Source of the DNA: a virus
Virus record (IMG/VR): IMGVR_UViG_3300025436_000002
Location: 64,001-128,000 of that record
Reading direction: 5' to 3' (one strand)
Length of the DNA stretch: 64,000 nucleotides
A model generated the notes under the pieces. That model was not told where the DNA came from. It did not search any database and saw only the letters and a program-made list of their open reading frames with translations. Every line of letters starts with the position of its first letter. The first letter of the stretch is position 1. The position numbers were made by a program, and so were the translations under genes. Positions 28,862 to 38,349 of the stretch are shown here, piece after piece.

Positions 28862-29047
28862 GTGGCTAAACCTATAACTACAACCTCAGAAAAGATTCAA
28901 GCCTATAGACTCAAGTATGGATGTGGAATCATGGATGCAAAGGAAGCAGTACTCTCACAAGAAAGAGAAGATAGGATACTCAGCTTAGAAGCTAGAATAG
29001 AAAAACTCGAGAGATTAGTTAGGAAGTTAGTTAGGGATAGTAAATGA
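28862..29047 (+). CDS. Small protein with EF-Ts-N/L7-L12-like helical motif and coiled coil
   Basis: IQAYRLKYGCGIMDAKEAV. Confidence 0.45.
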   Translation: MAKPITTTSEKIQAYRLKYGCGIMDAKEAVLSQEREDRILSLEARIEKLERLVRKLVRDSK

Positions 29048-29283
29048 AAAAGATAGCTATATACCAAGAACCTAACGGAATATTCTCAAGAGTATATTGG
29101 ATGACGGATACTCTATCAATTTTAATGGAGTACTCTTCTGTTACGAGCTCACTCCCTATTACAGAGTACTTAGGAGATATTTGTGATCTATTACGCCAAT
29201 ATGTACAGACGAGACAAGATTTTAAAATACTGGATCAAAAACTATTTGATAAATATCTTATGGTGGAAGAGTTACTAAAGTAA
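29044..29283 (+). CDS. KYLMxxELLK-tag family protein
   Basis: Ends LFDKYLMVEELLK. Confidence 0.8.
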   Translation: MKKIAIYQEPNGIFSRVYWMTDTLSILMEYSSVTSSLPITEYLGDICDLLRQYVQTRQDFKILDQKLFDKYLMVEELLK

Positions 29284-29375
29284 CAATAATTTAATAATAG
29301 AGAAAGAGAGTATTGACAATGAGTTAATACTCTGCTACTATATTTAGATACTGTTAACTAAAAGGAGATAAAGCT
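29281..29375 (+). promoter_or_regulatory. Hairpin-embedded promoter
   Basis: TTGACA(29313)-17-TACTAT; AGAGTATTGAC/GTTAATACTCT. Confidence 0.7.
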
Positions 29376-29723
29376 ATGAGTAAACCAGAAGAAATAACTA
29401 AGGCTATCTTTAATCAAATAGGTGGGAGAACTTTAATGCTTATGCTCGGAATTACTGTAGCTAACTGTATGCAAATAGATAATAAAGTACAGGGTAATGG
29501 TTTGATGATAGGTAAGATTAAATCTGCTAAAGTTAATACTATCGACATTATCTTAAACGGAAAAGATTTATATGACGTAACTTTTTATATGAAGAAGATA
29601 ACAAAAGGATATGATGTAAAGATAACTAAAAGAATAGAGTTCAAGGATATATATTGTGACGGATTGATGGACTTGATAGGAGCTCAGACAGGTCTTTACT
29701 TAACATTAAATGCAAGAGGATAA
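29376..29723 (+). CDS. Hypothetical phage protein
   Basis: IFNQIGG...DLYDVTF...IYCDGL...TGLY; first gene after promoter. Confidence 0.6.
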   Translation: MSKPEEITKAIFNQIGGRTLMLMLGITVANCMQIDNKVQGNGLMIGKIKSAKVNTIDIILNGKDLYDVTFYMKKITKGYDVKITKRIEFKDIYCDGLMDLIGAQTGLYLTLNARG

Positions 29724-29726
29724 CAG

Positions 29727-29987
29727 ATGAGGAGACCTTCAATATTAACTCTAGTAGCTATAGCTAAGTCTGTTAATAATGAATCAAACTTAGCCTACTA
29801 CCGTGATGAACTGGGTGAGATATATTGGAGTTCTATATTTTCAAAGACCTTAGGAATGCAGGACATATGCTTAGATCGTAATTGGTCTATAAAAAAGTTA
29901 GCATGGATGGTAGCCAACCCTAAATACTTCATAACAGACTCTAAGGAACTGGACAAGTATTTAATGACTAGGGAGCTACTGAAATGA
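29727..29987 (+). CDS. KYLMxxELLK-tag family protein
   Basis: Ends ELDKYLMTRELLK. Confidence 0.8.
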   Translation: MRRPSILTLVAIAKSVNNESNLAYYRDELGEIYWSSIFSKTLGMQDICLDRNWSIKKLAWMVANPKYFITDSKELDKYLMTRELLK

Positions 29988-30337
29988 AGATTTACAAAGC
30001 TTCTGATGATAGTAGTATATTCTATATTAATCTAAATAAACCTAAGAATAGTAAAGACCTACGAGATTTTAAACTTACGTACACGGCTTTAAGTTTTAAG
30101 ACTATTCTAAATATTAACTTCTCCATAAGGGATACTATAGTAGTACTCTATGATACTGAAATACTTTCATTTTTTATTACAAATATTATGAGGAAACGTC
30201 AAAGTATTAACAGTAATCTAATTCTTTCGAGTATTGAATGTTACTATCAACTAAATTTGGAAGACTACGCTAAAAAGCTTCCTATAAAAGATAAAGACTT
30301 TAAGAAAGCTTTAATGATAAAGGAGTTGTTGAGATGA
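29984..30337 (+). CDS. KYLMxxELLK-tag family protein
   Basis: Ends DFKKALMIKELLR. Confidence 0.75.
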   Translation: MKIYKASDDSSIFYINLNKPKNSKDLRDFKLTYTALSFKTILNINFSIRDTIVVLYDTEILSFFITNIMRKRQSINSNLILSSIECYYQLNLEDYAKKLPIKDKDFKKALMIKELLR

Positions 30338-30639
30338 ATACATGGGTTCGGACACCAGTTATCCCTTGTGAAATAGTAGCTATCCAACGTCTAGAAGAAC
30401 TTAGTGGACGGTGGTTATGTGCTTATTGGATTAGAAGAATTCCTATAGAAGGTGTAGTCTTTCATGATCCTAAAGCTATCCAAGCACATTCTTATATAAA
30501 CTATGACTGGAACAATATCTGTGAAGATATGAGAAGTTCTTTAGAAGAACTAATTAAGATAAACCCAGTTGCTATCGAATTGATAATAGATAGAAAAGAG
30601 ATCAATAAGATATTAATGATCATGGAGTTACGGAGATGA
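30334..30639 (+). CDS. KYLMxxELLK-tag family protein
   Basis: Ends EINKILMIMELRR. Confidence 0.8.
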   Translation: MNTWVRTPVIPCEIVAIQRLEELSGRWLCAYWIRRIPIEGVVFHDPKAIQAHSYINYDWNNICEDMRSSLEELIKINPVAIELIIDRKEINKILMIMELRR

Positions 30640-31004
30640 AACCTATACTAACAACAACAATGAATATAGATTTAAGTAAGCACGGCTCTCCTTGTGAACT
30701 AGTAGCTATTGAAGAACTAGCATACCCCCGCTTCTGTGGAGGGATGGGGGAGATAGAGATTACAACTCTCTACTGGATGAGAAAGATAGCTCCAGAAGGA
30801 ATTATAGATAATGATTTTAATAGAGAGTACTATTCAAAACTGATATGTTACTCTTCATTAGATTATATGTGGAACATAGCTGAAAGACAGTATGAACGCA
30901 AATCACTTAAAGAATTACTAGATTCAACCTCATCCCTTAATAATCTAATAACAGATCCTAAAGAAATTAATAAGATATTAATGACAAAGGAGTTACTAAA
31001 GTAA
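30636..31004 (+). CDS. KYLMxxELLK-tag family protein (close paralog of 31291)
   Basis: Ends TDPKEINKILMTKELLK. Confidence 0.8.
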   Translation: MKPILTTTMNIDLSKHGSPCELVAIEELAYPRFCGGMGEIEITTLYWMRKIAPEGIIDNDFNREYYSKLICYSSLDYMWNIAERQYERKSLKELLDSTSSLNNLITDPKEINKILMTKELLK

Positions 31005-31294
31005 TGGAAGACAATTTAAAATTAGTAGCTATAGTTAAATATAGGCAGGGAGGTGCTCTAGTCTATGCTTTCTATGAGAGGCTGGGTTCTATGTGGGGAA
31101 GTCGTAAGACAGTATTAAAGACTATACCTTATTATGACTTTAAAATACATCGTAGTAGTATAGGAATATTCTACAATGGGTACACTAATATAAAATGTAT
31201 AGTAAGAGACTATGAAGATGATTACAGTAAAGAAGTTATAACAGACGAGAAAGAGATCAATAGGTACTTGATGACTAGGGAGTTATTAAAATGA
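31004..31294 (+). CDS. KYLMxxELLK-tag family protein
   Basis: Ends TDEKEINRYLMTRELLK. Confidence 0.8.
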   Translation: MEDNLKLVAIVKYRQGGALVYAFYERLGSMWGSRKTVLKTIPYYDFKIHRSSIGIFYNGYTNIKCIVRDYEDDYSKEVITDEKEINRYLMTRELLK

Positions 31295-31668
31295 AATATC
31301 TCGGAATTAAATACGCAACTATCAACATAGAGACTAGCCATCCAGAAATTGAACTGGTAGCTATCGAGGTATTACCTTATAGTCTACTAGCATGGAGCGG
31401 TAGTTTTGGTGATGAGGATGTTAGCCTTCTGTATTGGATGAGACGGGTACTTCCATCTGGAGTTATAATGAACGAGATCAATCTGAAATACTATCGAGAA
31501 GTAATATGCTACTACACTCCATCAGAACATGTATGGGATAGTGGACGATGTCGTGCTGAATGTACTTCACTCCAGATACTCCTAGATTGTATTCCAGAGA
31601 GTCATAAACTTATTACAGATCCTAAAGAAATAAATAAGATACTAATGACACAGGAGTTATTAAAATAA
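31291..31668 (+). CDS. KYLMxxELLK-tag family protein
   Basis: Ends TDPKEINKILMTQELLK. Confidence 0.8.
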   Translation: MKYLGIKYATINIETSHPEIELVAIEVLPYSLLAWSGSFGDEDVSLLYWMRRVLPSGVIMNEINLKYYREVICYYTPSEHVWDSGRCRAECTSLQILLDCIPESHKLITDPKEINKILMTQELLK

Positions 31669-31928
31669 TGAGAAAATTCATACTCTTAATTATAGATGAT
31701 AACATGACTTTTATCAAACTAACAAAGGAAACAAGTAGGAGAGAAGGAAACTACGGAACATACTATGTTACTACAGACGGGTACGGTACTGGAACAAGAC
31801 TTCCTTCATTCTTTAACCATAAAGACAAAGGAGATATGAGAAGACTACTCTCAGGAAATACTAACAGGAGATTAGCTACCCCCGAGGAGACAGTAAAGTA
31901 TTTAATGCTTGAGGAGTTATTGAAATGA
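31668..31928 (+). CDS. KYLMxxELLK-tag family protein
   Basis: Ends ETVKYLMLEELLK. Confidence 0.8.
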   Translation: MRKFILLIIDDNMTFIKLTKETSRREGNYGTYYVTTDGYGTGTRLPSFFNHKDKGDMRRLLSGNTNRRLATPEETVKYLMLEELLK

Positions 31929-32239
31929 GAACAAGAGTAGCTGAAAGAGTAGCCTTGGTTATATGCCCAGGAGAGTCTAGGTTTATAGAAGGTGTTTACA
32001 TGGACGAAGAGGGAATCCTTTTTGGATTATACTGTAGGACTTGTAAAGAGTTATACTATTATCAAGACGTAAATCCTTATGATAATATTGATAGAATACA
32101 TTACAGATCTGCGGAAGAACTTAGAGATAGACTATCCTCAGATAGTAGCAGGTTTTGTAATTATAATAGTAGCTTCAAAGTAATAACAGATGAGAAAGAG
32201 ATCAATAAGTATCTTATGGTGAGGGAGTTATTAAAATGA
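31925..32239 (+). CDS. KYLMxxELLK-tag family protein
   Basis: Ends TDEKEINKYLMVRELLK. Confidence 0.8.
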   Translation: MRTRVAERVALVICPGESRFIEGVYMDEEGILFGLYCRTCKELYYYQDVNPYDNIDRIHYRSAEELRDRLSSDSSRFCNYNSSFKVITDEKEINKYLMVRELLK

Positions 32240-32418
32240 GAGAACAGATAAACTTGACTTTGGATGATTTATGTGCTATACTGGATTGGGTAGAAGAAAA
32301 CTTATTTGATTGTGACATGAGAGTTGAAGATGAAAATGATAAGGGAGTAGGCAAAGCATATAAAAGAATACGTAAGGAGATAAAAATACATGAACAAAGA
32401 AGAATACCAGAGGATTAA
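32236..32418 (+). CDS. Hypothetical protein
   Basis: ATGA-coupled to the upstream tag gene. Confidence 0.55.
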   Translation: MREQINLTLDDLCAILDWVEENLFDCDMRVEDENDKGVGKAYKRIRKEIKIHEQRRIPED

Positions 32419-32575
32419 AAGTGAATCTACTAAATCCATGGATAGTCGTCTAGGAGTAGATAGGGGCAAGTATATTAAAGATGATTCAGAATTTGATGAT
32501 TCAGAAATTATAGCATTCATTGTAGCATCTATACTTGTAATTGTCTTTAGCATGTTGTTCAGGGGGATTATCTAG
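32390..32575 (+). CDS. Small membrane protein
   Basis: C-terminal hydrophobic segment. Confidence 0.5.
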   Translation: MNKEEYQRIKSESTKSMDSRLGVDRGKYIKDDSEFDDSEIIAFIVASILVIVFSMLFRGII

Positions 32576-32746
32576 ATGAATGAGAAACAATGTAAGGAAT
32601 GTTTAGGTACTGGGAATATAAAGCATACGTATTCAAGAGGATTGTTAATAGGTAACTACTTGGGAACATGTGACTATTGTGGAGGTACTGGAAGCAGACT
32701 AGTTAAAAGTAAAACTAAACTGGATAGAAACAATAACAAACAATAA
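32576..32746 (+). CDS. Small DnaJ-type zinc-finger protein (not in ORF track)
   Basis: CKECLGTG...CDYCGGTG, 56 aa. Confidence 0.55.
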   Translation: MNEKQCKECLGTGNIKHTYSRGLLIGNYLGTCDYCGGTGSRLVKSKTKLDRNNNKQ

Positions 32747-32791
32747 CTAAAATGATACTGTGATTCAAAGGCAGTCTAGGGATTAGCTACA

Positions 32792-33085
32792 ATGTATTAC
32801 TATAAAAAAGTACAGATATCTTGCCTCTCTCTTGATATAGGTATTGGGAAATATGGAGATGATTTGAAAGACTTATTACTAAAGTGGCTACTTAGAGGCT
32901 ATATCCTTAAAATATACAGAAAAGGTGAAGAGATCTTCGACGGCACAGAAAGCCTAGGTCATTTAGAGCATGACGTAAAGCATTACCAACTGAGCCAACT
33001 TCGAGGAGATACCATGGAGTTATTAGATTTAGATGGGAATCCTACAGGTCTACATGGATCTATAAGAGAAAGAAGGTATTGGTAG
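32792..33085 (+). CDS. Hypothetical protein
   Basis: ORF. Confidence 0.45.
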   Translation: MYYYKKVQISCLSLDIGIGKYGDDLKDLLLKWLLRGYILKIYRKGEEIFDGTESLGHLEHDVKHYQLSQLRGDTMELLDLDGNPTGLHGSIRERRYW

Positions 33086-33086
33086 C

Positions 33087-33413
33087 ATGAAAGAAGGTAC
33101 TGGTAAAATGTTTAACGATGCTAAAGTAATGAAACAAGAGTATATAGCAATATCCATGAGCTCCGAGATGGATAGGCATACTTATACTTACTTTATATCT
33201 TCGGGTGTCCTCTTCTTTCAAGCTATAAAAGAAGAGGGTAGGCTAGGGAAGATCCGTAAACACTACCTAAGTAATAAGTACCCCTCTAGGGAAGACTGTC
33301 TTAAAGAACTAATTAAATTTAGTAAGGATGCATTAAATGGATATGAATTAGTAGCTGTAAGTTCACAACAAGAGATTGATAGATATATGATGACAAGGGA
33401 GCTATTAAAATGA
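33087..33413 (+). CDS. KYLMxxELLK-tag family protein
   Basis: EYIAIS...; ends EIDRYMMTRELLK. Confidence 0.8.
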   Translation: MKEGTGKMFNDAKVMKQEYIAISMSSEMDRHTYTYFISSGVLFFQAIKEEGRLGKIRKHYLSNKYPSREDCLKELIKFSKDALNGYELVAVSSQQEIDRYMMTRELLK

Positions 33414-33682
33414 ACGTAGTTAAAAATTTAGTAGCTGTGGCAATTCCTCCGTTACAGAGACTTGATACAAAGTTTTTCCACCTTGATGAGTATGGGATGT
33501 ATGTAGAGGAGTGTGTTTATCTTGGAGAAGATTACCTTGACCGTTCTACCCTACATACTCTTAGGGAAGTAGATCATGATCTTAGAAGGAGATTAGCTAT
33601 CTTTGAATGTACAAGTTTTAGTATCGTACAGGAGGAGAAAGAACTTAGGAAGTATTCTATGATTATGGAGTTGATGAGATGA
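33410..33682 (+). CDS. KYLMxxELLK-tag family protein
   Basis: Ends ELRKYSMIMELMR. Confidence 0.75.
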   Translation: MNVVKNLVAVAIPPLQRLDTKFFHLDEYGMYVEECVYLGEDYLDRSTLHTLREVDHDLRRRLAIFECTSFSIVQEEKELRKYSMIMELMR

Positions 33683-33690
33683 ATTACAAC

Positions 33691-33746
33691 TTTCTCGTCC
33701 CTAGGGCATTCTAATCCATTTGTTACTGGTTTTAGTTAAAAATAAA
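33691..33746 (+). repeat. 56-bp intergenic repeat copy 1 (CCCTAGGG palindrome)
   Basis: 49/56 identical to 37729-37784. Confidence 0.8.
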
Positions 33747-33761
33747 TAGGATGTTGTTAAA

Positions 33762-34073
33762 ATGAAAGAAGAGCAGTGGAAAGTTTTTCGTCAAGATAAT
33801 GAATACTGTATCTCAAGTCATGGTAGATTTATAAGAAGAGATACTGGAGTCTGTTTAAATATAGTAAAAAACTACACTCGTAAGGGCAATTTAACTAGCT
33901 CCAGTGTAGGCATCAGGACTAATGGCAAACGATATTCCTATACTATTCCCATACTAGTTCTTAGTTATTTTAAAGAACCCTCTCCTTATAAAGGATGTAT
34001 TACTTTCCATATTAATGGAGATCCTATGGATAATACAATAGATAATCTAATATGGAAGGGGGTGTTGAAATGA
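33762..34073 (+). CDS. Short NUMOD4/HNH-like protein (degenerate homing endonuclease)
   Basis: EQWK, YCISSHGR, HINGDPMDNTIDNLIW. Confidence 0.7.
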   Translation: MKEEQWKVFRQDNEYCISSHGRFIRRDTGVCLNIVKNYTRKGNLTSSSVGIRTNGKRYSYTIPILVLSYFKEPSPYKGCITFHINGDPMDNTIDNLIWKGVLK

Positions 34074-34387
34074 ATAAAGATTTTACATTGGAGATATTAG
34101 TAATATTAGACACCTTGCCCTCCGTTGCGTTTTATAGTTCGCAAGGTAAGTATTATATAAGTACCTGCCCATGGCAATTCACTGAGGAGATATTATTTAA
34201 AGATAGGTTTAAACATGTATTAGTTAAGACTTCACATAGCCGTGAAGAAGCTATCAAGAGATTTGAAGATTATACAGATAGGGAAGTACTGACTGATAGG
34301 GAAGCTATACGGAGGGCAATGGGGGAATATCATCAAAAAATAAAGGACTTGCACCCTAGGATAGCTACTGGTAAAATGTTAAAGTAA
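34070..34387 (+). CDS. Hypothetical protein (family-like body, divergent tail)
   Basis: ATGA-coupled; LTDREAIRRAM but no ELLK end. Confidence 0.5.
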   Translation: MNKDFTLEILVILDTLPSVAFYSSQGKYYISTCPWQFTEEILFKDRFKHVLVKTSHSREEAIKRFEDYTDREVLTDREAIRRAMGEYHQKIKDLHPRIATGKMLK

Positions 34388-34473
34388 TGTAACGAACTTA
34401 GAAAGGTAGGCTTGTAACTGAGTCTACCTTATGCTATACTAACTATGTAAGGTTGATTAAAGGAGACTGTATT
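34388..34473 (+). promoter_or_regulatory. Hairpin-embedded promoter
   Basis: TTGTAA(34412)-17-TATACT; AAGGTAGGCT/AGTCTACCTT. Confidence 0.75.
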
Positions 34474-35004
34474 ATGATTATTAAAGAAGCTAAAACTTTA
34501 GAAGATATAATTAAGGTCTACACCCAAGCTGAAAAGAAATATGGAGTAGTTGATGGTATAAGAAATTATAGGGTAGAAACACATGAAGACAGGGATATAT
34601 CCGTAGCCGTAATATACCTTACTGATTATAAAGGTAACGAGTATGAGGTTATAAGAAATAGATGTCCTAGGGGACAGAACTTTAAAGCTTTCATTGAAGG
34701 AAAATTATATTCTATAGTATTTGCATGGAATATAGGGAATACTGTGGGTGTTAGATTATCAAGTCATGATCTAATATCTAAACCACAGTTACTTTTTAGG
34801 ATTACACACGCAAAGAGCAAAGGTAAAACGGTAGCTCCTAAAGTCTCTTTTACTATAATTAAAGTGCTAAGGGTACAATGCTCTTGTGGTAAAGAATACA
34901 CTGAGCATGAGAACGAAGAAAATAGCTGGTATAACTTAGCGGGAGTTATAAAGGGAGAAGCTTCCCTAGTTTGCGAGAGTTGTGGACTAACCCTTAAAGT
35001 TTAG
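34474..35004 (+). CDS. Hypothetical protein with C-terminal zinc ribbon
   Basis: CSCG...CESCG. Confidence 0.55.
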   Translation: MIIKEAKTLEDIIKVYTQAEKKYGVVDGIRNYRVETHEDRDISVAVIYLTDYKGNEYEVIRNRCPRGQNFKAFIEGKLYSIVFAWNIGNTVGVRLSSHDLISKPQLLFRITHAKSKGKTVAPKVSFTIIKVLRVQCSCGKEYTEHENEENSWYNLAGVIKGEASLVCESCGLTLKV

Positions 35005-35030
35005 GTAGGTTAATTAAAGGAGTTAATGAA

Positions 35031-35303
35031 ATGATTAATAAGATCAGGGAGTTAATAACTAAAGCCAGAAATGATAAAAAGAGTTTAGAGAGAGCATACC
35101 TAGAGTATATGAGGGATGCTTACGTTGATATTTATTTGAGTAGTGCCTTGGATAGTATCGATAAAGATAATAACAGAGATTGGGACAGTGGCTTCTCGGA
35201 TGAGGAAGCCCTTCTATGGGCTGAGGATAGGGGGCTTGATTTCGAAGACTACATGGGAAGAGTTGAGGAGAACGACGGTGAACCTGTGGAGTATTTTGGT
35301 TAA
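35031..35303 (+). CDS. Acidic hypothetical protein
   Basis: GGAG RBS. Confidence 0.55.
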   Translation: MINKIRELITKARNDKKSLERAYLEYMRDAYVDIYLSSALDSIDKDNNRDWDSGFSDEEALLWAEDRGLDFEDYMGRVEENDGEPVEYFG

Positions 35304-35371
35304 TTAAGGAGTTATTGAAATAATCGGTATACTAAGAAGAAGTACGACTGTAAAGATTATAGGTGGCAGGC

Positions 35372-35606
35372 ATGAGTAAAAAAATATGTAGCGTTAACCC
35401 TAGACAAGGGCAAAATAAAGTACAAATACTTTATGGTAGGCAATGAATTACACATAGAGTTTTATAATGGAACTACTAACTACGCATCTGAGCAGAGTCT
35501 TGAGGAGAATTTTAAGTATGATAAAAGTACTTTAACTGACCCTTTTTTAGTGGAAGGAGTTCAAGAAGCTAATAAGTTCTTAATGGCGGGGGAGTTATTG
35601 AAATGA
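35372..35606 (+). pseudogene. Tag-family gene frameshifted in an A7 run
   Basis: Removing one A at 35378-35384 gives MSKKYVALTLDKGKIKYKYF...EANKFLMAGELLK. Confidence 0.75.
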
Positions 35607-35917
35607 ATAGGAAATATGTAGCATTGTCAACCTTCATAGACAGTAGGGATATAATAGAATATGTTCTGTATAGTACTCATGTCTTTAAAGGAGATGGTAA
35701 GACTTATCTCGAATGTATCACAGAAAGCATGATTGAACATAAAGATTGTCCTTATTATGCTAAAGATGTATGGGATTCCAATCTTCATACAGAAGGTATT
35801 AATATTAGAAAGTCTTTGAGTCAACACCTTAGCTATGACAGATCTCAAGGGTATAAAACAACTAGGGATGTAAAGGTTATAAACAATTTCTTAATGATGA
35901 AGGAGTTATTAAAATAA
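35603..35917 (+). CDS. KYLMxxELLK-tag family protein
   Basis: MNRKYVALS...INNFLMMKELLK. Confidence 0.8.
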   Translation: MNRKYVALSTFIDSRDIIEYVLYSTHVFKGDGKTYLECITESMIEHKDCPYYAKDVWDSNLHTEGINIRKSLSQHLSYDRSQGYKTTRDVKVINNFLMMKELLK

Positions 35918-35933
35918 CATAAGGAGAAGAATA

Positions 35934-36194
35934 ATGACAAACCGAGAAGATGCAAAATTCATATTCGTTAGTATTATAGCAGAAGACTGTGTATATATTA
36001 GTGACGAAGCATTAGAAGACGGGCAAGATGAGGTTAAAAAGAGTCCGTCATTTAGTTGGTTTCCAACGGAGGACGAACGAAAACAACACTTAAATCATAT
36101 AAGCCTATACCATAGGAACATACATGAACTTCCAATACTGGATAGATTTGGAAAGACCCTCGACTTTAAAACAGTTGGAGAATACTTAGCATAA
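35934..36194 (+). CDS. Hypothetical protein
   Basis: GGAG RBS. Confidence 0.55.
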   Translation: MTNREDAKFIFVSIIAEDCVYISDEALEDGQDEVKKSPSFSWFPTEDERKQHLNHISLYHRNIHELPILDRFGKTLDFKTVGEYLA

Positions 36195-36199
36195 CATAA

Positions 36200-36284
36200 T
36201 GTAACGAACCATGCCCGAAGAGATTGACCTATCTTCGGGCATGTGCTATTATAATATGGTAAGATTGATTGAAAGGAGTGTTAC
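36200..36284 (+). promoter_or_regulatory. Hairpin-embedded promoter
   Basis: CATGCCCGAAGA/TCTTCGGGCATG around TTGACC(36224)-17-TATTAT. Confidence 0.75.
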
Positions 36285-36430
36285 ATGATTAGACCCAAGT
36301 TAACTTATATAACATCTGTCCTCAATCTTACTACCATGTTTCAACTTTACGTATGGATAAGTGTAGAACAGTATCAACCAAGACTAGTATTATCAGTAAA
36401 TATTTAATGACTTTGGAGTTATTAAAATGA
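36285..36430 (+). pseudogene. Degenerate tag-family remnant
   Basis: ATG frame stops early; another frame ends IISKYLMTLELLK*. Confidence 0.6.
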
Positions 36431-36711
36431 AACCAAAACTATATCCTACACAAAAGATAGAAAATGATGAAGGTATAGAATACATAGCTCTCTCGTACTC
36501 AGGTTCAAGAATATTATACGGGTACTCCTATAATAAGGATGGAAAGCTTGTAGCTCATGATATTAGTAGTAACGGAGTTCACACCTTTATGCCCAGCGGA
36601 AAACTAGATACCGAGCTACAACGAGATAGAATCTTATTTACAAATGTTAAAACTACTAAGTCTAAGAAGAAGATAAAAAAGTTACTAATGATTCGGGAGC
36701 TACTAAGATGA
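36427..36711 (+). CDS. KYLMxxELLK-tag family protein
   Basis: EYIALS; ends IKKLLMIRELLR. Confidence 0.8.
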   Translation: MKPKLYPTQKIENDEGIEYIALSYSGSRILYGYSYNKDGKLVAHDISSNGVHTFMPSGKLDTELQRDRILFTNVKTTKSKKKIKKLLMIRELLR

Positions 36712-36965
36712 TAATAATAAAAGATGAGGAGATAATATTAGCTGTAATAAAGCCCATGGACAAGACAGAAGAGCCTTATATATTCTTATACTTCTGGGAT
36801 GGTGGCAGACTTTGTTATTGGGATAACAAAGGGAGGTGGAATCGAAGTTGCCACTCTGAGCTTGATGAGTTGTATGAAGACCTTTCATCATTGAAGATCT
36901 ATGAAATAACAACGGATGAATCTGTAATAAAGAAATATATCATGGCTATGGAGTTACTAAAATGA
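36708..36965 (+). CDS. KYLMxxELLK-tag family protein (paralog of 38790)
   Basis: Ends IKKYIMAMELLK. Confidence 0.8.
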   Translation: MIIIKDEEIILAVIKPMDKTEEPYIFLYFWDGGRLCYWDNKGRWNRSCHSELDELYEDLSSLKIYEITTDESVIKKYIMAMELLK

Positions 36966-37252
36966 ATCCTAATGATCCTATACTAGATTTTAGTCATATA
37001 GAGCTTACTTTGATCTGCTGGGTAGCTATAAAGAATCAAAGTATGGAGCCTCTATATTTCTATGTGGATAAGGACACGGATTTATACTTCTATAACCCAT
37101 GGTATTACACTAAGTTAAGTTTAAATATTTCCCTAGACTTAGCTTATCCGCATGAGTTAAAAGATTATCTGGATGATGGTAACTATATATGGAAATCCGA
37201 TCAGTTAGGGATTGCCAAAAAGTATAGTGTACTACAGGAGTTAATGAAATGA
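36962..37252 (+). CDS. KYLMxxELLK-tag family protein
   Basis: Ends AKKYSVLQELMK. Confidence 0.75.
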   Translation: MNPNDPILDFSHIELTLICWVAIKNQSMEPLYFYVDKDTDLYFYNPWYYTKLSLNISLDLAYPHELKDYLDDGNYIWKSDQLGIAKKYSVLQELMK

Positions 37253-37483
37253 CTAGAGAATACATAGCTCTATCCACAAGAGAAGAAGACGGAAAGTATT
37301 GGTTATACTGGATGAAAGGATCTAAATTAATGTTCTCGGATAGGTGTGACGGTGGAGCACAGTTCAGCCAACTACTAGATTTAAAACAGAATCTTAATAG
37401 TGATAAGGTTAGTGCTATATACTTCGACTAAAGATCCAAAAAAGATAGCAAAGTTTTTAATGATAAGAGAGTTATTAAAATGA
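37249..37483 (+). pseudogene. Frameshifted tag-family gene
   Basis: MTREYIALS... stops at 37431; shifted frame continues TKDPKKIAKFLMIRELLK*. Confidence 0.75.
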
Positions 37484-37725
37484 ATAAGGAATACGTAGTC
37501 ATAACTTTGAAAAAGAATGGGGATGTAAAATATAGATATTATTATATATCTGGAGAATTGTATTATGATTCCTATGGTAACTATGGTAACTATAACGTTC
37601 TCGGATCTCTTGCTCCGATAAATGATCTTGCAGCAAATCTCGATGATGATACATGCTGGGGTCATGAGACCTTGGTGGGTAATGAGGCTATAAAGTATCT
37701 AATGGTACAAGAGTTAAAAAAATAA
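37480..37725 (+). CDS. KYLMxxELLK-tag family protein
   Basis: MNKEYVVI...EAIKYLMVQELKK. Confidence 0.8.
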   Translation: MNKEYVVITLKKNGDVKYRYYYISGELYYDSYGNYGNYNVLGSLAPINDLAANLDDDTCWGHETLVGNEAIKYLMVQELKK

Positions 37726-37728
37726 TCA

Positions 37729-37784
37729 TTTCCCGTCCCTAGGGCGTTTGGATCTATTTGTTACTGGTATTAGTTAAAAATAAA
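37729..37784 (+). repeat. 56-bp intergenic repeat copy 2
   Basis: Matches 33691-33746. Confidence 0.8.
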
Positions 37785-37797
37785 AGGAGATTAGAGT

Positions 37798-38346
37798 ATG
37801 ACATGTATCGTGGGAATCAAAACAACTGACAATGTTTACATAGGCGGAGATACATTTGGATCAAATGGACATACTGGAGAAAGCTACCTAAGACCTAAGG
37901 TATTTAAAAAAGGTAACATGATTATAGGAGTCTGTGGTAGTTATAGATTAATGCAAATACTGGAGTTCTGTTTAGAGCTACCTAAGAAATACGAAGGCAT
38001 CAGCACAGAGAAGTATTTATATATAGATTTCATTAATGCTGTAAGAACTACTTTAAAAGCAAACGGACTCCTTGCTGTTGATAAGGGTGTTGAATCCATG
38101 GATGGAGGAATATTCTTGATGGGATATGAAGGAGAGTTATACAAAGTACAGCAAGATTTATCAATACTCATGCCTGCTTCTGGATACGCTTCTGTAGGCT
38201 CTGGATGTGACCATGCTAAGGCTAGTCTATTCTCTACGGAGGGACTACTATTGGATCCTAAAGAGAGGATAGTTAAAGCAATAGAATGTGCCAACAACTT
38301 TGTAGTAAGTGTTAACGGTGAGAATAATATAATAAGTTTAATTTAA
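37798..38346 (+). CDS. Second HslV/proteasome-beta-like Ntn peptidase
   Basis: MTCIVG..IGGDT, RPKVF, GVCGS, SVGSG; paralog of 20744 (HAKASL, ECAxNF). Confidence 0.78.
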   Translation: MTCIVGIKTTDNVYIGGDTFGSNGHTGESYLRPKVFKKGNMIIGVCGSYRLMQILEFCLELPKKYEGISTEKYLYIDFINAVRTTLKANGLLAVDKGVESMDGGIFLMGYEGELYKVQQDLSILMPASGYASVGSGCDHAKASLFSTEGLLLDPKERIVKAIECANNFVVSVNGENNIISLI

Positions 38347-38349
38347 AGT

